A stretch of DNA of 64,000 bases from a virus, in the IMG/VR virus record IMGVR_UViG_3300042882_000890, positions 1 through 64,000 of that record; one strand, written 5' to 3'. The translations under genes were made by a program, and so were the position numbers. Numbering within the stretch: the stretch's first letter is position 1; the number at the start of each line of letters is the position of its first letter. This document shows positions 19,822-30,200 of the stretch, one piece after another. Under the pieces are notes generated by a model. The model was not told the DNA's origin. It saw nothing but the letters and a program-made list of their open reading frames with translations, and searched no databases.

Positions 19822-21363
19822 ATGATACTAAAAACAGGCACAGAAGCCAAAAAATCTTTAATCATAGGTGCTAATATAGTAGCTGATGCAGTTAAAGTAA
19901 CCATGGGAGCTGAGGGTAAGTTAGCAATAATCAGAAATAAAATGGGTTTTGCTCCACACGTAACCAAAGATGGAGTTACTGTTGCTGAAGCTATAGAACT
20001 TGAAGATGACTTTGAAGAGTTAGGTGCTAAGGCTATAAAAGAAACAGCAAGAAAAACTGTGGATTTAGTAGGTGATGGAACAACAACTGCAACAGTTATT
20101 GCTCAGTATCTTTTAAATCAAGGCTTTGAAAAACTAGAACAAGAAGTATCTCACGTAGAATTACGTGAAGGTATGGAAATGGCTGTTAACGATGTTAGGG
20201 AATCCCTAAAAAAGTTAAAAAAGAATGCTGGATACGAAGAGACAAAGCAAATAGCAACTATCTCAGCAAACAACGATGAAAAACTAGGACAACTAATTGC
20301 TGATGTATACGCTAAGATTGGTGTTGACGGTAAGATAGATGTACAAGAAGGTGCCACTAGGGATACTAATGTAAGCTATGTCGAAGGTTTGTCAATTGAT
20401 AGAGGTTGGTCATTGCCACACTTTATAACAGACCAATCAAATATGACCGCTGTTCTAGAGGATGCTTATGTTTTGATTTATGACGGTAAAATTGGGTCTG
20501 TTGCAGATATTGCAGAGCCTATTAGAAAAGCTCAATCAGAAGGTAAAGCAATTATGATTTTTGCAGAAGATGTAGACGAGGCAGTTATGGCTGTTTTGGT
20601 TCGAGGTAAGTTAGAAGGTACATTTAACCTTTGTGTTACAATGAATCCAGATTTTGGCTTAAACAGAGGTAACATTTTACAAGACTTAGCTATTTTTACA
20701 AGTGGAGAAGTGTATTCGCCAAAGTATCCAACACCTATTAAGATGGGTGCAGCTAAAAAAGTAATCTGCGAGAAAGATAGAACAGTTATTCTACCGGCAG
20801 TGCCAGGAGAACTCCTTGAAGCGAGGATTGAGTTGATAAAATCTCAAATTGAGAACGTAGAAGACAAGATTGATAGAAGTAAGCTAGAGGGTAGACTACA
20901 AAACCTTAGAAATGCAGTTGCTATAATTACAGTTGGTGGTGTAACTGCCTCTGAAGTCAAAGAAAAGAAGGATAGAATTGACGATGCTGTTAGTGCAGTA
21001 AAATCTGCGATTGAAGGCGGCTATGTTTCTGGTGGTGGTTCCACATTATTGTATATTTCTAAGTACAAAATGAAACGGAAACTAAGAAATGGTCAAAAAG
21101 AAGGTTATCACTTGGTAAAGCAGGCTATTAGAAAGCCTTTTGAGCAAATTTTAACTAACGCAGGGCTAAAAACAGAGAATTTTGAACCTAAGCTAAAACA
21201 GTATGGTAGAGGAGTTAACGTTAAGACACGTAAGATTCAAAACTTACTTGATAAAGGTATTATTGACTCAGCAAAAGTACTAGAGGTAGCTCTTGAAAAC
21301 GCTAATGCAGTAGCTTCTATTGTTTTACAGACAGATTGTGTAATTACAAACAGCGGATTATAA
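19822..21363 (+). CDS. groEL: chaperonin GroEL-like
   Basis: VTKDGVTVA, GDGTTTATV, ATISANND, EKKDRIDDA and GGG motifs; no GGM tail. Confidence 0.97.
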   Translation: MILKTGTEAKKSLIIGANIVADAVKVTMGAEGKLAIIRNKMGFAPHVTKDGVTVAEAIELEDDFEELGAKAIKETARKTVDLVGDGTTTATVIAQYLLNQGFEKLEQEVSHVELREGMEMAVNDVRESLKKLKKNAGYEETKQIATISANNDEKLGQLIADVYAKIGVDGKIDVQEGATRDTNVSYVEGLSIDRGWSLPHFITDQSNMTAVLEDAYVLIYDGKIGSVADIAEPIRKAQSEGKAIMIFAEDVDEAVMAVLVRGKLEGTFNLCVTMNPDFGLNRGNILQDLAIFTSGEVYSPKYPTPIKMGAAKKVICEKDRTVILPAVPGELLEARIELIKSQIENVEDKIDRSKLEGRLQNLRNAVAIITVGGVTASEVKEKKDRIDDAVSAVKSAIEGGYVSGGGSTLLYISKYKMKRKLRNGQKEGYHLVKQAIRKPFEQILTNAGLKTENFEPKLKQYGRGVNVKTRKIQNLLDKGIIDSAKVLEVALENANAVASIVLQTDCVITNSGL

Positions 21364-21611
21364 TGGGAAAGCCTTTATTTAGCAGAGTTCTATTGAGAAT
21401 AGAGACTGTAAAAGAAAAAAGACTATTTGGAGAAGAGGAAAAAAAGCCAAAGGTCTTTTTAGAAGATGCCGCAACAGATTGTAGCACAACTATACTGGCA
21501 CATTTAGGAGCAGAAGTTAGATTTAACAATGTTATCCTAGAAGTTGTAGAAAAGACTGACGATTACCAACTGGTATTAACGCACGAAACAAATCTACTAC
21601 AAATAGTGTAA
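21363..21611 (+). CDS. groES: divergent co-chaperonin GroES-like
   Basis: The ATG overlaps the groEL stop. KPLFSRVLL ~ RPLHDRVIV, LGAEVRFNN ~ VGDIVIFND and LVLTHETNLLQIV ~ VLIMSESDILAIV. Confidence 0.7.
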   Translation: MGKPLFSRVLLRIETVKEKRLFGEEEKKPKVFLEDAATDCSTTILAHLGAEVRFNNVILEVVEKTDDYQLVLTHETNLLQIV

Positions 21612-21612
21612 T

Positions 21613-21837
21613 ATGAAAGAGCAGTTCATAAATATGGTTAAAACAAAACAGTACCCTCTGGAGTGGTTTTACCAATATTACCACCAAAGAGGGGGCACTC
21701 CGATAAACATACACGTATTTATGCACTGGTTTGAAAGTTTCGAGATTAATCAACTTTTAGACAACGTAGCTAAATCTTTTGGTCTAAATAGAATAGCAGA
21801 CAAAAACGGAGTTTTAATATACGTATACGAACCATGA
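21613..21837 (+). CDS. hypothetical protein
   Basis: 74 aa, coupled in the operon. Confidence 0.5.
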   Translation: MKEQFINMVKTKQYPLEWFYQYYHQRGGTPINIHVFMHWFESFEINQLLDNVAKSFGLNRIADKNGVLIYVYEP

Positions 21838-22352
21838 TAAGAAAAGACCTACTTGTAGAAAAAGAAGATGAGTTTAGACTTTCTGAAAAATTAGTGCAAG
21901 AACTCTTAAAAAAAGGTTATCACGCAGAAAATACCGTAGTAATAACGGTATCTACTGACTACTCTTCTGTAATAGGTCAATATATAAGACATCAACTCTC
22001 ACATAGAGGAGAAATATGTTTAGGATTTGGTGTAGATGTCCCTTATCCAGACCAAGAGTTTAATGAAGATTTTAAACATGCATTAGTTAGTATGTTTGCT
22101 ATGAACTATTCTATTTGGACAGACAAAAAGATTTTACTAGTGGAAGCTGGTATAATAAGAGGTGGCAACTACACAAATATAGTAAATCTTTTGAAGCAAA
22201 CTTTTCAGATATTACCAGAGCAGATAATTACACTGGCAATGTATGAGAATATACACAGTATTTTTAAATCAGATTTTGTTGGGGAATACTATGATAACAA
22301 TACCCAAGATTTAACTTTTTGGTGGGAGACTTATAATAAACATTGGCAATAA
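21834..22352 (+). CDS. type I phosphoribosyltransferase-like protein
   Basis: ILLVEAGIIRGGN resembles the PRPP-binding loop (hhhhDDhhxTGxT). Confidence 0.55.
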   Translation: MIRKDLLVEKEDEFRLSEKLVQELLKKGYHAENTVVITVSTDYSSVIGQYIRHQLSHRGEICLGFGVDVPYPDQEFNEDFKHALVSMFAMNYSIWTDKKILLVEAGIIRGGNYTNIVNLLKQTFQILPEQIITLAMYENIHSIFKSDFVGEYYDNNTQDLTFWWETYNKHWQ

Positions 22353-22738
22353 TGGAACTAATATCAACACATCCAATTAAAAAATCTGATTTAGGGTTTC
22401 ATGGTAATCTTTTTGGGGGTAAATTATTAGCCTGGATGGATGCTTCTGCTGCTGCTTATGCTATGCAAGTTTGTGATACCCCACGTATGGTTACAGTAAT
22501 GATAGACCAATGTGTTTTTAAGAAGCCAGCAAAAGAAGGACAGTTAATAAAAATATATGGTGAGGTTTCCGATATAGGTAACACATCAATAACAATCTAT
22601 ATGGAAGCACGTTCACACAGTGTTTATTCTGGCTCACAGTCTACAATACTACACACAAAAATGAAGTTTGTAAGAATAGACGAGGGCGGTGATGCTATCC
22701 CCATATCAGAGAAAGTAAAACAACAGTATAAAAAATGA
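22352..22738 (+). CDS. acyl-CoA thioesterase (hotdog fold, YciA-like)
   Basis: DLGFHGNLFGGKLLAWMD, GNTS and FVRID motifs. Confidence 0.85.
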   Translation: MELISTHPIKKSDLGFHGNLFGGKLLAWMDASAAAYAMQVCDTPRMVTVMIDQCVFKKPAKEGQLIKIYGEVSDIGNTSITIYMEARSHSVYSGSQSTILHTKMKFVRIDEGGDAIPISEKVKQQYKK

Positions 22739-23010
22739 GAAAAGTAGAAGCCCTAAAATTTTGGGCACCATGGTGTGCACCATGTAAAGCATTGTCCACA
22801 ATACTAGAAGATGTAGAAATAGACAGCTATAATATTGACGAAGAAGAAAGTGCAGAAATAGCAAAAAAGTTTAGCATCAGAAGTATCCCAACTATCGTTT
22901 TTGTTGTAGATGGTGTTGAAGTTCATAGAAAAGCCGGTATCATTACAAAAAAAGAGTATTTAGAAACATTAGAAGAATTACAAAATGGAACAGGAAATAC
23001 CACCACTTAG
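22735..23010 (+). CDS. thioredoxin
   Basis: FWAPWCAPCK and IRSIPT motifs. Confidence 0.92.
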   Translation: MRKVEALKFWAPWCAPCKALSTILEDVEIDSYNIDEEESAEIAKKFSIRSIPTIVFVVDGVEVHRKAGIITKKEYLETLEELQNGTGNTTT

Positions 23011-23497
23011 CAGATATACTTTTATATTTGACGATGATATTACACAAGATACGGTACAAGACTGTATAGATGCAATACACATGCACCCTGAGGTTGATTT
23101 GTTTTTTTCTACCCAGGGCGGTGAAACTTGTATGATGGGGGCTTTGATAAACTATTTGAACCTAAGACAAAAAGAAATTACGATACACCTTACAGATGTT
23201 TTAGCATCAGCCGGGTCATTTTTATTGACAGACTTCAAAGGTGAAATAGTAATAACAGATAACCTAGAGTGGATTATGTTCCACAAAGCAGACAGACTAA
23301 CTTTTTCAAATAGAAGAAGCTTTTTTAATGAAGCGGTTCTTAAAAAACAGTTGTCTGATTTTAATAACAAATATTCTAAAAAGTTCAAAGATTTAGGACT
23401 TTCAGAAAAAGAAATTAAAGCGTATAATTCCGGGAAGGATGTCTTCCTATACAGAACAGATTTTAACAGACTAAAATTAAACCAAGATGAAAATTAA
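22985..23497 (+). CDS. ClpP-like serine protease
   Basis: FSTQGG, ASAGSFLL (nucleophile Ser) and IMFH (His) match the ClpP motif order. Confidence 0.65.
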   Translation: MEQEIPPLSRYTFIFDDDITQDTVQDCIDAIHMHPEVDLFFSTQGGETCMMGALINYLNLRQKEITIHLTDVLASAGSFLLTDFKGEIVITDNLEWIMFHKADRLTFSNRRSFFNEAVLKKQLSDFNNKYSKKFKDLGLSEKEIKAYNSGKDVFLYRTDFNRLKLNQDEN

Positions 23498-23738
23498 TTA
23501 CACAGAGAACGAAAAACGACACATTTTTGAATCAGAGACAGGTCACTTATCAACTTTCTTGAAAGAGAGAGTTACAAAAGAACAAGCAGAAGTTTTGTTC
23601 CAAGCACAATTAGCAAACGAAGGTATTGCTGTAACAGCAGATACTCCAGCTCCGGAACCAGAAGTACTAGATTTTCCAGTACTCGCAGAAGAAGTAGTTC
23701 CTGCAAAACCAGCTAAAAAAACAACTAAGAATGCTTAG
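23487..23738 (+). CDS. hypothetical protein
   Basis: 83 aa with a P/A/K-rich tail. Confidence 0.5.
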   Translation: MKINYTENEKRHIFESETGHLSTFLKERVTKEQAEVLFQAQLANEGIAVTADTPAPEPEVLDFPVLAEEVVPAKPAKKTTKNA

Positions 23739-24036
23739 TACTATTTTGATGTTGCTTGGTATAAGCTATATAGCTGTTAACCTAGTACTATTTGGCTCAG
23801 CTTTGGCTTTTATGTCTTTAAGAGGTGCTAGCGTATACTTACTTTTTGGAACCTTTATACTAATCAAAGAACTTATAATAGACCCGTGGAACAAATAATT
23901 AAAAATTACTTACCGATGTTTTTTAAACAAACCGCAGCCAAATTAGGCATAAAAAAATCTCAGAGTTCTTAGATTAACCCTTCTCACCCAATAATAATCA
24001 AGCCCTCTTAACCGGGGGCTTTTAAAAAACAAAACA

Positions 24037-24276
24037 ATGGCAAACGTATTAGACCAAGCAAGGATAAAAAAAGGAAGACTTATCCGAGTAGAAAACACAG
24101 AGAGAACTTTCGGTTCAGCTGATGTGTATGTAGCAGTCCAAGTAGAGAATGCAGACGGTAGCAACGAGAGATGTTTACTCTTTACAGAAAAAGAACTAGA
24201 AGCTGCCCAAGAAAGAGCAGACAAAAACAAAGAAGATTTGACCAACCGTTCTTTTATAACAGACTTATTAGATTAA
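24037..24276 (+). CDS. hypothetical protein
   Basis: 79 aa ORF after a hairpin at about 24001-24025. Confidence 0.6.
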   Translation: MANVLDQARIKKGRLIRVENTERTFGSADVYVAVQVENADGSNERCLLFTEKELEAAQERADKNKEDLTNRSFITDLLD

Positions 24277-24277
24277 A

Positions 24278-25285
24278 ATGAAAGTACAATTCATCACTTG
24301 CGACAGAGTGAAAGACACTTACGGAGTTACAAGCGGTTTGTTTAACTCAGCAACATTTGTAAGGAACTTTTTGAACAGCATCGGTATAAAATCAGCACTT
24401 ACCCCAGTGACAGATTCTAACGGTATTGACAAGGTAGTTACAGAATACAACCCAGATGTTGTAATTATAGAAGCTTTGTGGTGCCCTCCAGGAAAATTTG
24501 AAGAGCTATTAAAACTTCACAGACACAAAAACCGAAGATGGATTATAAGAATCCATTCAAAAGCTCCGTTTCTAGCAAATGAGGGGTTAGCAACAAGATG
24601 GATTATACAGTACGCAAACTTGGGGTTAGATATAGCACCGAACACAGAAGAACTTACAGAACAGTTTAAATCCTCTTTGCCATTTGGTAAATTTACCTAC
24701 CTACCAAATATCTACTATGCCGACACATTCAAAAAAAAGAGTGTAAAAAAAGATGATTCTGACTTTGTAGACATCGGATGCTTCGGTGCGATAAGACCAA
24801 TGAAGAATACTTATCAACAAGCCCTAGCAGCAATTGACTTTGCAAACATCCTGAACAAAAAACTAAGATTTCATGTAAACAGTTCCAGATTAGAACAAAG
24901 CGGAAACAACGTTTTAAAAAATCTAGAAGCACTGTTTGAATACTCCCCACACGAACTAGTACACCACCCCTGGTATAAACACAACGACTTTCTGAAAGCA
25001 GTCTCAAAAATGGATATATGTATGCAAGTTTCTTTCTCAGAATCTTTCAACATAGTCACAGCAGATAGCGTAACAGCAAAAGTACCAGTAGTATGTTCAG
25101 AAGATATATCCTGGATGCCAAGAATAATGAGAGTAAAACCCACATCTCATTCTAGTATAGTAACAAGACTAGATGTAGCTTATTCCTTGAGTAAGTTAAT
25201 AGTGTTTACACAATCTATGTTCCTTAGATACTATAACTACAAAGCAAAAAAATGTTGGGTTAAAAATTTAAAAGGTAAAAAATGA
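24278..25285 (+). CDS. GT-B fold glycosyltransferase (GT4-like)
   Basis: GCFGAIRPMKN, MDICMQVSFSESFNIVTAD and VPVVCS motifs. Confidence 0.75.
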   Translation: MKVQFITCDRVKDTYGVTSGLFNSATFVRNFLNSIGIKSALTPVTDSNGIDKVVTEYNPDVVIIEALWCPPGKFEELLKLHRHKNRRWIIRIHSKAPFLANEGLATRWIIQYANLGLDIAPNTEELTEQFKSSLPFGKFTYLPNIYYADTFKKKSVKKDDSDFVDIGCFGAIRPMKNTYQQALAAIDFANILNKKLRFHVNSSRLEQSGNNVLKNLEALFEYSPHELVHHPWYKHNDFLKAVSKMDICMQVSFSESFNIVTADSVTAKVPVVCSEDISWMPRIMRVKPTSHSSIVTRLDVAYSLSKLIVFTQSMFLRYYNYKAKKCWVKNLKGKK

Positions 25286-25419
25286 GAAAAAACAGAATCA
25301 GTCTCGTCTTTCTGAAAAACCTAAGAAGAGTCTTCGGAGAAAAAAGAAAAGAACAACTGAAAGCTTTTATCGAGCGTATGCAATACGACTGTGAAGAAGA
25401 CGATAGTAACGTCTACTAG

Positions 25420-26180
25420 ACAAACTACCCCCGGCTATATGCTGGGGTTTTTTATACCCCCCCGGTAGGTGTTAAGGAAACGTTAATACTATTCTAGATT
25501 GACTATATGTGAAATCGGGTTTATAAAAATTGGGCTTATGTGAAATCTGGTTTATGTGGGGGACACCCTACCCATCTATGCGATGAGGGCGGCACGATTC
25601 GGGGTTTTTTGGGCTACCCCCCCTATGATACCAGAAAAAAAAGTTTTTGCCTTAGAACGCTCCTAAAAAGGTTTGACTTTTCCAAGTTATTTTTATATCT
25701 TTTGTCTATGATAGGTGCCTACACTATAGAGATATACTATAGTACTAGGGTAGCTAGTTAGGTGCTCCTAGTTTGGAGCCACTAGCTTATTTAGAATAGT
25801 TCTATATTAATTGCATTAGTACAAAATAATTCAAAAAACATTAGGTCACGTAAACTATTTTACAGGTAAAAATGTGAGCCCTTTATTCATCGCTATTTTG
25901 CTTCTAATCGACGTTCTGCCAGTAAGTGATACTTAGATACCAAACGACTATTAAAGTGTCTTAAATCGCTTTATTTGGCTTTATAGAGCATGTTGGTTAT
26001 GGTAGCTATAGTATTACCATACCTTATACTTATTAACATTTGATTGTTAATAACTTTTATAAAAATAATTCACTTTAAATTAGTTAATTCAAAAACTATT
26101 TGTATCTTTGTGCTGTGGTTATGATGATGCTGTTGGTTGTTCTTTGACATATCGAATAAGGTGATACAACCTACCTACAC
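25420..26180. other. long non-coding region, candidate genome terminus or origin
   Basis: About 760 bp without a credible ORF; G/C runs, a 19-bp direct repeat, an inverted 9-mer pair and a compositional flip; precedes the early region. Confidence 0.45.
25506..25555 (+). repeat. direct repeat TATGTGAAATC(G/T)GGTTTAT x2
   Basis: Copies at 25506-25524 and 25537-25555, 18/19 identical. Confidence 0.85.
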
Positions 26181-26210
26181 AAGTGGTTGTACATACTAAA
26201 TTTCTTAGCT

Positions 26211-26534
26211 ATGAAAGCAAGTAATTTGAAAAATCCTTTTTACCACTATGGTAATAAAGGTGCGGTTTGGAGTAATGAAACTCACATCGCTATGGGTGGT
26301 ACTAGTGGTACTTTGTGTTCAACGCCAATGTTGGCAACTAATTGGGCTCGTATTTGGGAGCACGAAAATATTGGTTGTCCGGATTGTTTAACAAAGTGGT
26401 TGGAGCTTGAGGGCTACATTCTAACTTGCGACATCAAAGATGTTGAGTTTGATGAACACAACCGCCCTTTTTATCGCAATAACGGGTTGATTATGCTCTC
26501 TAAGAGGGCTTATCAGTACGAAGTTGCAAACTAA
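26211..26534 (+). CDS. early hypothetical protein (Cys/His motif)
   Basis: ATG at 26211; H..GTLC...CPDC; first gene after the promoter at 26103. Confidence 0.6.
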   Translation: MKASNLKNPFYHYGNKGAVWSNETHIAMGGTSGTLCSTPMLATNWARIWEHENIGCPDCLTKWLELEGYILTCDIKDVEFDEHNRPFYRNNGLIMLSKRAYQYEVAN

Positions 26535-26537
26535 TTC

Positions 26538-26559
26538 AAGCCCCTCGCAAGAGGGGTTT
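26538..26559 (+). terminator. repeated GNRA-loop hairpin AAGCCCCTC-GCAA-GAGGGGTTT
   Basis: Near-identical copies at 27485-27508 and 27837-27859. Confidence 0.75.
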
Positions 26560-26593
26560 ATTTTCAAATTAACTAATTCTAATTTTTTTAAGT

Positions 26594-27475
26594 ATGGAGA
26601 TTTTATCTAACATCGAAAGCGGAAACGCTAACATTGAGAGTATCAAAGGTAATTTGTTTGACGTGGTAAAAATACCACTAATCACGGGGGTTGAGGGGTT
26701 TGATAACCCTAATAACTTCGGGGTTTACAAAGCTAAAGGCGGTCAACCTTTGGGCGTTGTTGGTGGAGATTACACCCCAACACAACCGAAGCTGTTATTT
26801 GACGAGTTCGAGAATTGCTTGTATCAGACGGATTGTGATTTCAATGATGTTAACTACCTAGAGCTAAAAGGCGGTAGAAAGATAGTTTTTGAAGCACCTA
26901 TCAAGAAAATGGGCTTCACTAACCTAAGAGGACAAGAGGATGAGATGATTGTTAAAATCAATCTTGCAACGGGCTTCGACGGGTTAACCAAAACTAGCTT
27001 ATTTATTAGCTGTTTCAGACTAGTTTGTTCAAATGGTATGAAAGCGTGGAAAACAGAGTTCGCTGTATCTTTTAAGAATACCAAAGGTAATGTTGGCAAG
27101 GCTTCGTCTTTATGCAACGATATTGCTAAAGCAACGGACAGCATAAACGACTTTGAAACGTTTATCCAACAGCTAAACAGAACTAGCGTTGATAAGGCTA
27201 AGGTAGAAGAGTTTTTGATGAAGACTTTAGGATATAACCAATCGTTGTATTCAGAACTTCACGGAACTAAAAAGGCTATCCTTGACAATGTTCAAGAAAG
27301 CATTGAACTAGAGTTCAGTAGAACGGGCTCAACACTTTGGGGCTTAGTTAACGGAATTACTCACTACACTAACCACGTAGCGAAGACGGAAGACAGAAAC
27401 GACTATGTTTTAGTCGGTGGCGGTCTTAAATTGAACGACCTAGCACAAAAGGTAGCCCTAGAAATGGCTTACTAA
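26594..27475 (+). CDS. DUF932 family protein
   Basis: LGVVGGDYTPTQ, GGRKI, FDG, RLVCSNGM and GSTLWGLVNGITHYTNH motifs. Confidence 0.85.
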   Translation: MEILSNIESGNANIESIKGNLFDVVKIPLITGVEGFDNPNNFGVYKAKGGQPLGVVGGDYTPTQPKLLFDEFENCLYQTDCDFNDVNYLELKGGRKIVFEAPIKKMGFTNLRGQEDEMIVKINLATGFDGLTKTSLFISCFRLVCSNGMKAWKTEFAVSFKNTKGNVGKASSLCNDIAKATDSINDFETFIQQLNRTSVDKAKVEEFLMKTLGYNQSLYSELHGTKKAILDNVQESIELEFSRTGSTLWGLVNGITHYTNHVAKTEDRNDYVLVGGGLKLNDLAQKVALEMAY

Positions 27476-28343
27476 TCACTAACCAAAGCCCCTCGAAAGA
27501 GGGGTTTTAAATTATTTAATATGAAAATACTATCTATTGTGCCCTCAAAAAGGTTCAGAAGTTTCAACAGCTACTTTAAAAAAACCGCTGTTTGTGTAAG
27601 TTTTTATTACTATATCATAGTCTTTTTACCTAGTGGTAAGGGCTTAGAGTTTAATCATTATTCTTAATCTTATGCTACACGCTATTATTTTTTCGATTTG
27701 TATTATTGGTATTATTGCTCACGCTTGGTATGTTAACAAGACGGACAAGTTCACGAGCATTGACTATTGTATCTTTGCTACTCTATCTATTGTGCCTTTT
27801 ATGTGCGTTCTAGATTGGATATTTGGCTAGACAAACAAGCCCCCGAAAGGGGGTTTTTTATTACCTATTTTGAAGTTTTTATTGTATCACTTGTTTATTC
27901 GGAAAGTTCTTTGTAGCTTTGCGGTAAATTAATTTTAAATTATATCAGATGAGTGCAAAGTTTTTTTATGAGCAAATCTATTTCATAGATGAGAATGGTA
28001 AAGCCCTAGATGAGAATTGGAATGAATTTCGAGATGAAGACGGGAAGTGTGTTTACATATCAGAAGAGGACAGAAGTTTTTTTACAACAGTTAATCTATA
28101 GTGCTATGGTATTGGGAGCAGTTCTTTTAGTTGTTATTTTCGTATTACTTAATCTAAAACCAAATCGTTAGTTATGAGGGTAGAAATTGTATTATTGGAG
28201 TTCGGTGTTCAAGCGGACATTTTTGAGGGTTCTAAACTAGTTAATTCAATCTTGGGGGTAACTATGGCAAACATTTGTCAAAGTGTTCACGAGGTGTACC
28301 ACATAGATATATTCGGGGAAGTGGGTGTGAACTAGTTAGTTTA

Positions 28344-28375
28344 AAGGGGGAGCAAAAGTTTCCCTCTTTTTTTTT
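28344..28375 (+). terminator. repeated hairpin/U-tract GGGGAGCAAAAGTTTCCC
   Basis: Related copies at 29036-29075, 29417-29452 and 29760-29786, each followed by a promoter. Confidence 0.7.
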
Positions 28376-28449
28376 GCAAAAATTTTTTTTATTCAAAACT
28401 TATTCTTATATTTGTATCGGCAATAATGCCAAATTTAAAACTATTTAGT

Positions 28450-29028
28450 ATGAAAAATTTATTTGATGGCTTACGGATTGTAGGTGGAGAAACAAAAATT
28501 GTATCAATTACTGAAACCGCTTCAGTAGAAGTAAGCGGTAGATTCTCAATGGAAAGAGGTAACTTCAAACAAGAGTTCTCTTATTGGGCAAGAACTTACG
28601 AGAAGTTCAGCAACTTCGCAAAGATTGATGATTATGAAACGGAGCAACACAAATGTACTTTAGGGGAACTACCTATTGATAGTTTAAGTAAGTTAGTTCA
28701 AACCTTGAACGATAGCGGTCTTACCACTTTAGGAAATAGTTTGGGGTTCACTAGTGAAGAGATAACTTCTGCAATGCACCACCACATACAAGAACACAAA
28801 ATTTTTAAGGCGGTTTATGGTAAGAAATCAGAGTTGTGGGACTTACTAACCAAAGAGGAGCAACAAGCCGAAATTTTGGTTTACACAATAAACAATTATG
28901 ATACTTGTAATGACTATTATAAAATACAATGTGATGTTGTTGTGTTAGATGAAGAGGGGAACGCTATCCCTAACGCTATCCCGACAATAGAGCAACTAAA
29001 GGAAAAGTTTGAGCAACTATCAAATTAG
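28450..29028 (+). CDS. early hypothetical protein
   Basis: ATG at 28450; bounded by a promoter and a terminator. Confidence 0.6.
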   Translation: MKNLFDGLRIVGGETKIVSITETASVEVSGRFSMERGNFKQEFSYWARTYEKFSNFAKIDDYETEQHKCTLGELPIDSLSKLVQTLNDSGLTTLGNSLGFTSEEITSAMHHHIQEHKIFKAVYGKKSELWDLLTKEEQQAEILVYTINNYDTCNDYYKIQCDVVVLDEEGNAIPNAIPTIEQLKEKFEQLSN

Positions 29029-29152
29029 TTAATCTAAAGGGGAGCAAAGGGGGAACAAAAGTTTCCCCTTTTTTTATGCCTAAAAGTTTGTGTATATGGA
29101 AAACATTTTGTAAATTTGTCAAGGCAATTAAGCCAAACTAAAACTATCTTAT

Positions 29153-29404
29153 ATGATAACTAAAGACAACATCAAGGAGTTCATTCAAACAATCCCTACT
29201 GAAACAATTCAAGAGGAACTAGACAAGCCACAAGACTTTATCTTGCTGCAATCACATATCTTTAATGTAGGCGGTTATGCTACGATAGAAAGTCTAGACT
29301 ACAACGAAGAGGTTGATGAAAAGGCACAAGCAAGTGGTAATCTTTTCTGCGACAAAGATAATTTCTTGCAACTTTGTTCGGAGTTAGAAGTGTTCGAGTA
29401 TTAG
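29153..29404 (+). CDS. early hypothetical acidic protein
   Basis: Single-gene cassette. Confidence 0.6.
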   Translation: MITKDNIKEFIQTIPTETIQEELDKPQDFILLQSHIFNVGGYATIESLDYNEEVDEKAQASGNLFCDKDNFLQLCSELEVFEY

Positions 29405-29522
29405 ACTAACTAATTCAAAGAGGGGGGGGGAGCGAAAGTTTCCCCTTTTTTTATGCCCAAAAATTTGGATATATAAAAACTATTTTGTACCTTTGATAAT
29501 TATTAATACTAACTAATCTATT

Positions 29523-29741
29523 ATGGCACAAGAATTTATTTTAAGAGAGAATGTTTTAACTGACAACATCTTGATTTTAGCCGACGAGGGCAAAGTATTC
29601 AAAGGCGGTTATATCGCTATAATCAAAGAGTACACGTATCAAAATTCGTGGTCGGATAAATTGGGGGTAAAAAGGTTTAGAAACGAGGAGAGGTTAAACA
29701 ACTACTTAAACAAAAACTACCCCGACTTTGAGGGGTACTAA
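29523..29741 (+). CDS. early hypothetical protein
   Basis: Single-gene cassette. Confidence 0.6.
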   Translation: MAQEFILRENVLTDNILILADEGKVFKGGYIAIIKEYTYQNSWSDKLGVKRFRNEERLNNYLNKNYPDFEGY

Positions 29742-30200
29742 ATTAACTAATGTGAAAACGAGGGGGGCGGTTGCCCCTCTTTTTTTGTCTAAAATTTTAA
29801 CACTTTTTATTTGCATATACGGATTCTTTATCGTATCTTTGTTTAACAATAAGGGGGAACGATATGGATAGATAGACTACATAGGGGGTAAGGATTTGAT
29901 AAAGGGCGGTGTGTAATACCAACACAGGAAGAGTAGACTCCGTCCTACCCTATACTCAGATGTTTGGGGGGGGTGCGTGACGGAGTACACCCTCTGCGTG
30001 TCGAAAAAAACACGAACCCTTGTGGAGATACTATCCCCATTAATTTTTTTATAAAGGTACGACTTTAAAACGACATATACAAATAAAGTTATCAACAATA
30101 TTTTGTTAATAAGTTCTTCTTCTAGCTATTGCATATATCATATCTATACCTTACTTTTGTAGTGTAATTGCAACGGAGCAGTTACTTTAAATTAAGTAGT

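Noticed and set aside
25540-25761. 73-aa ORF in the putative terminus region
   Set aside because: GTG start inside a direct repeat, spans G/C runs, and has atypical composition.
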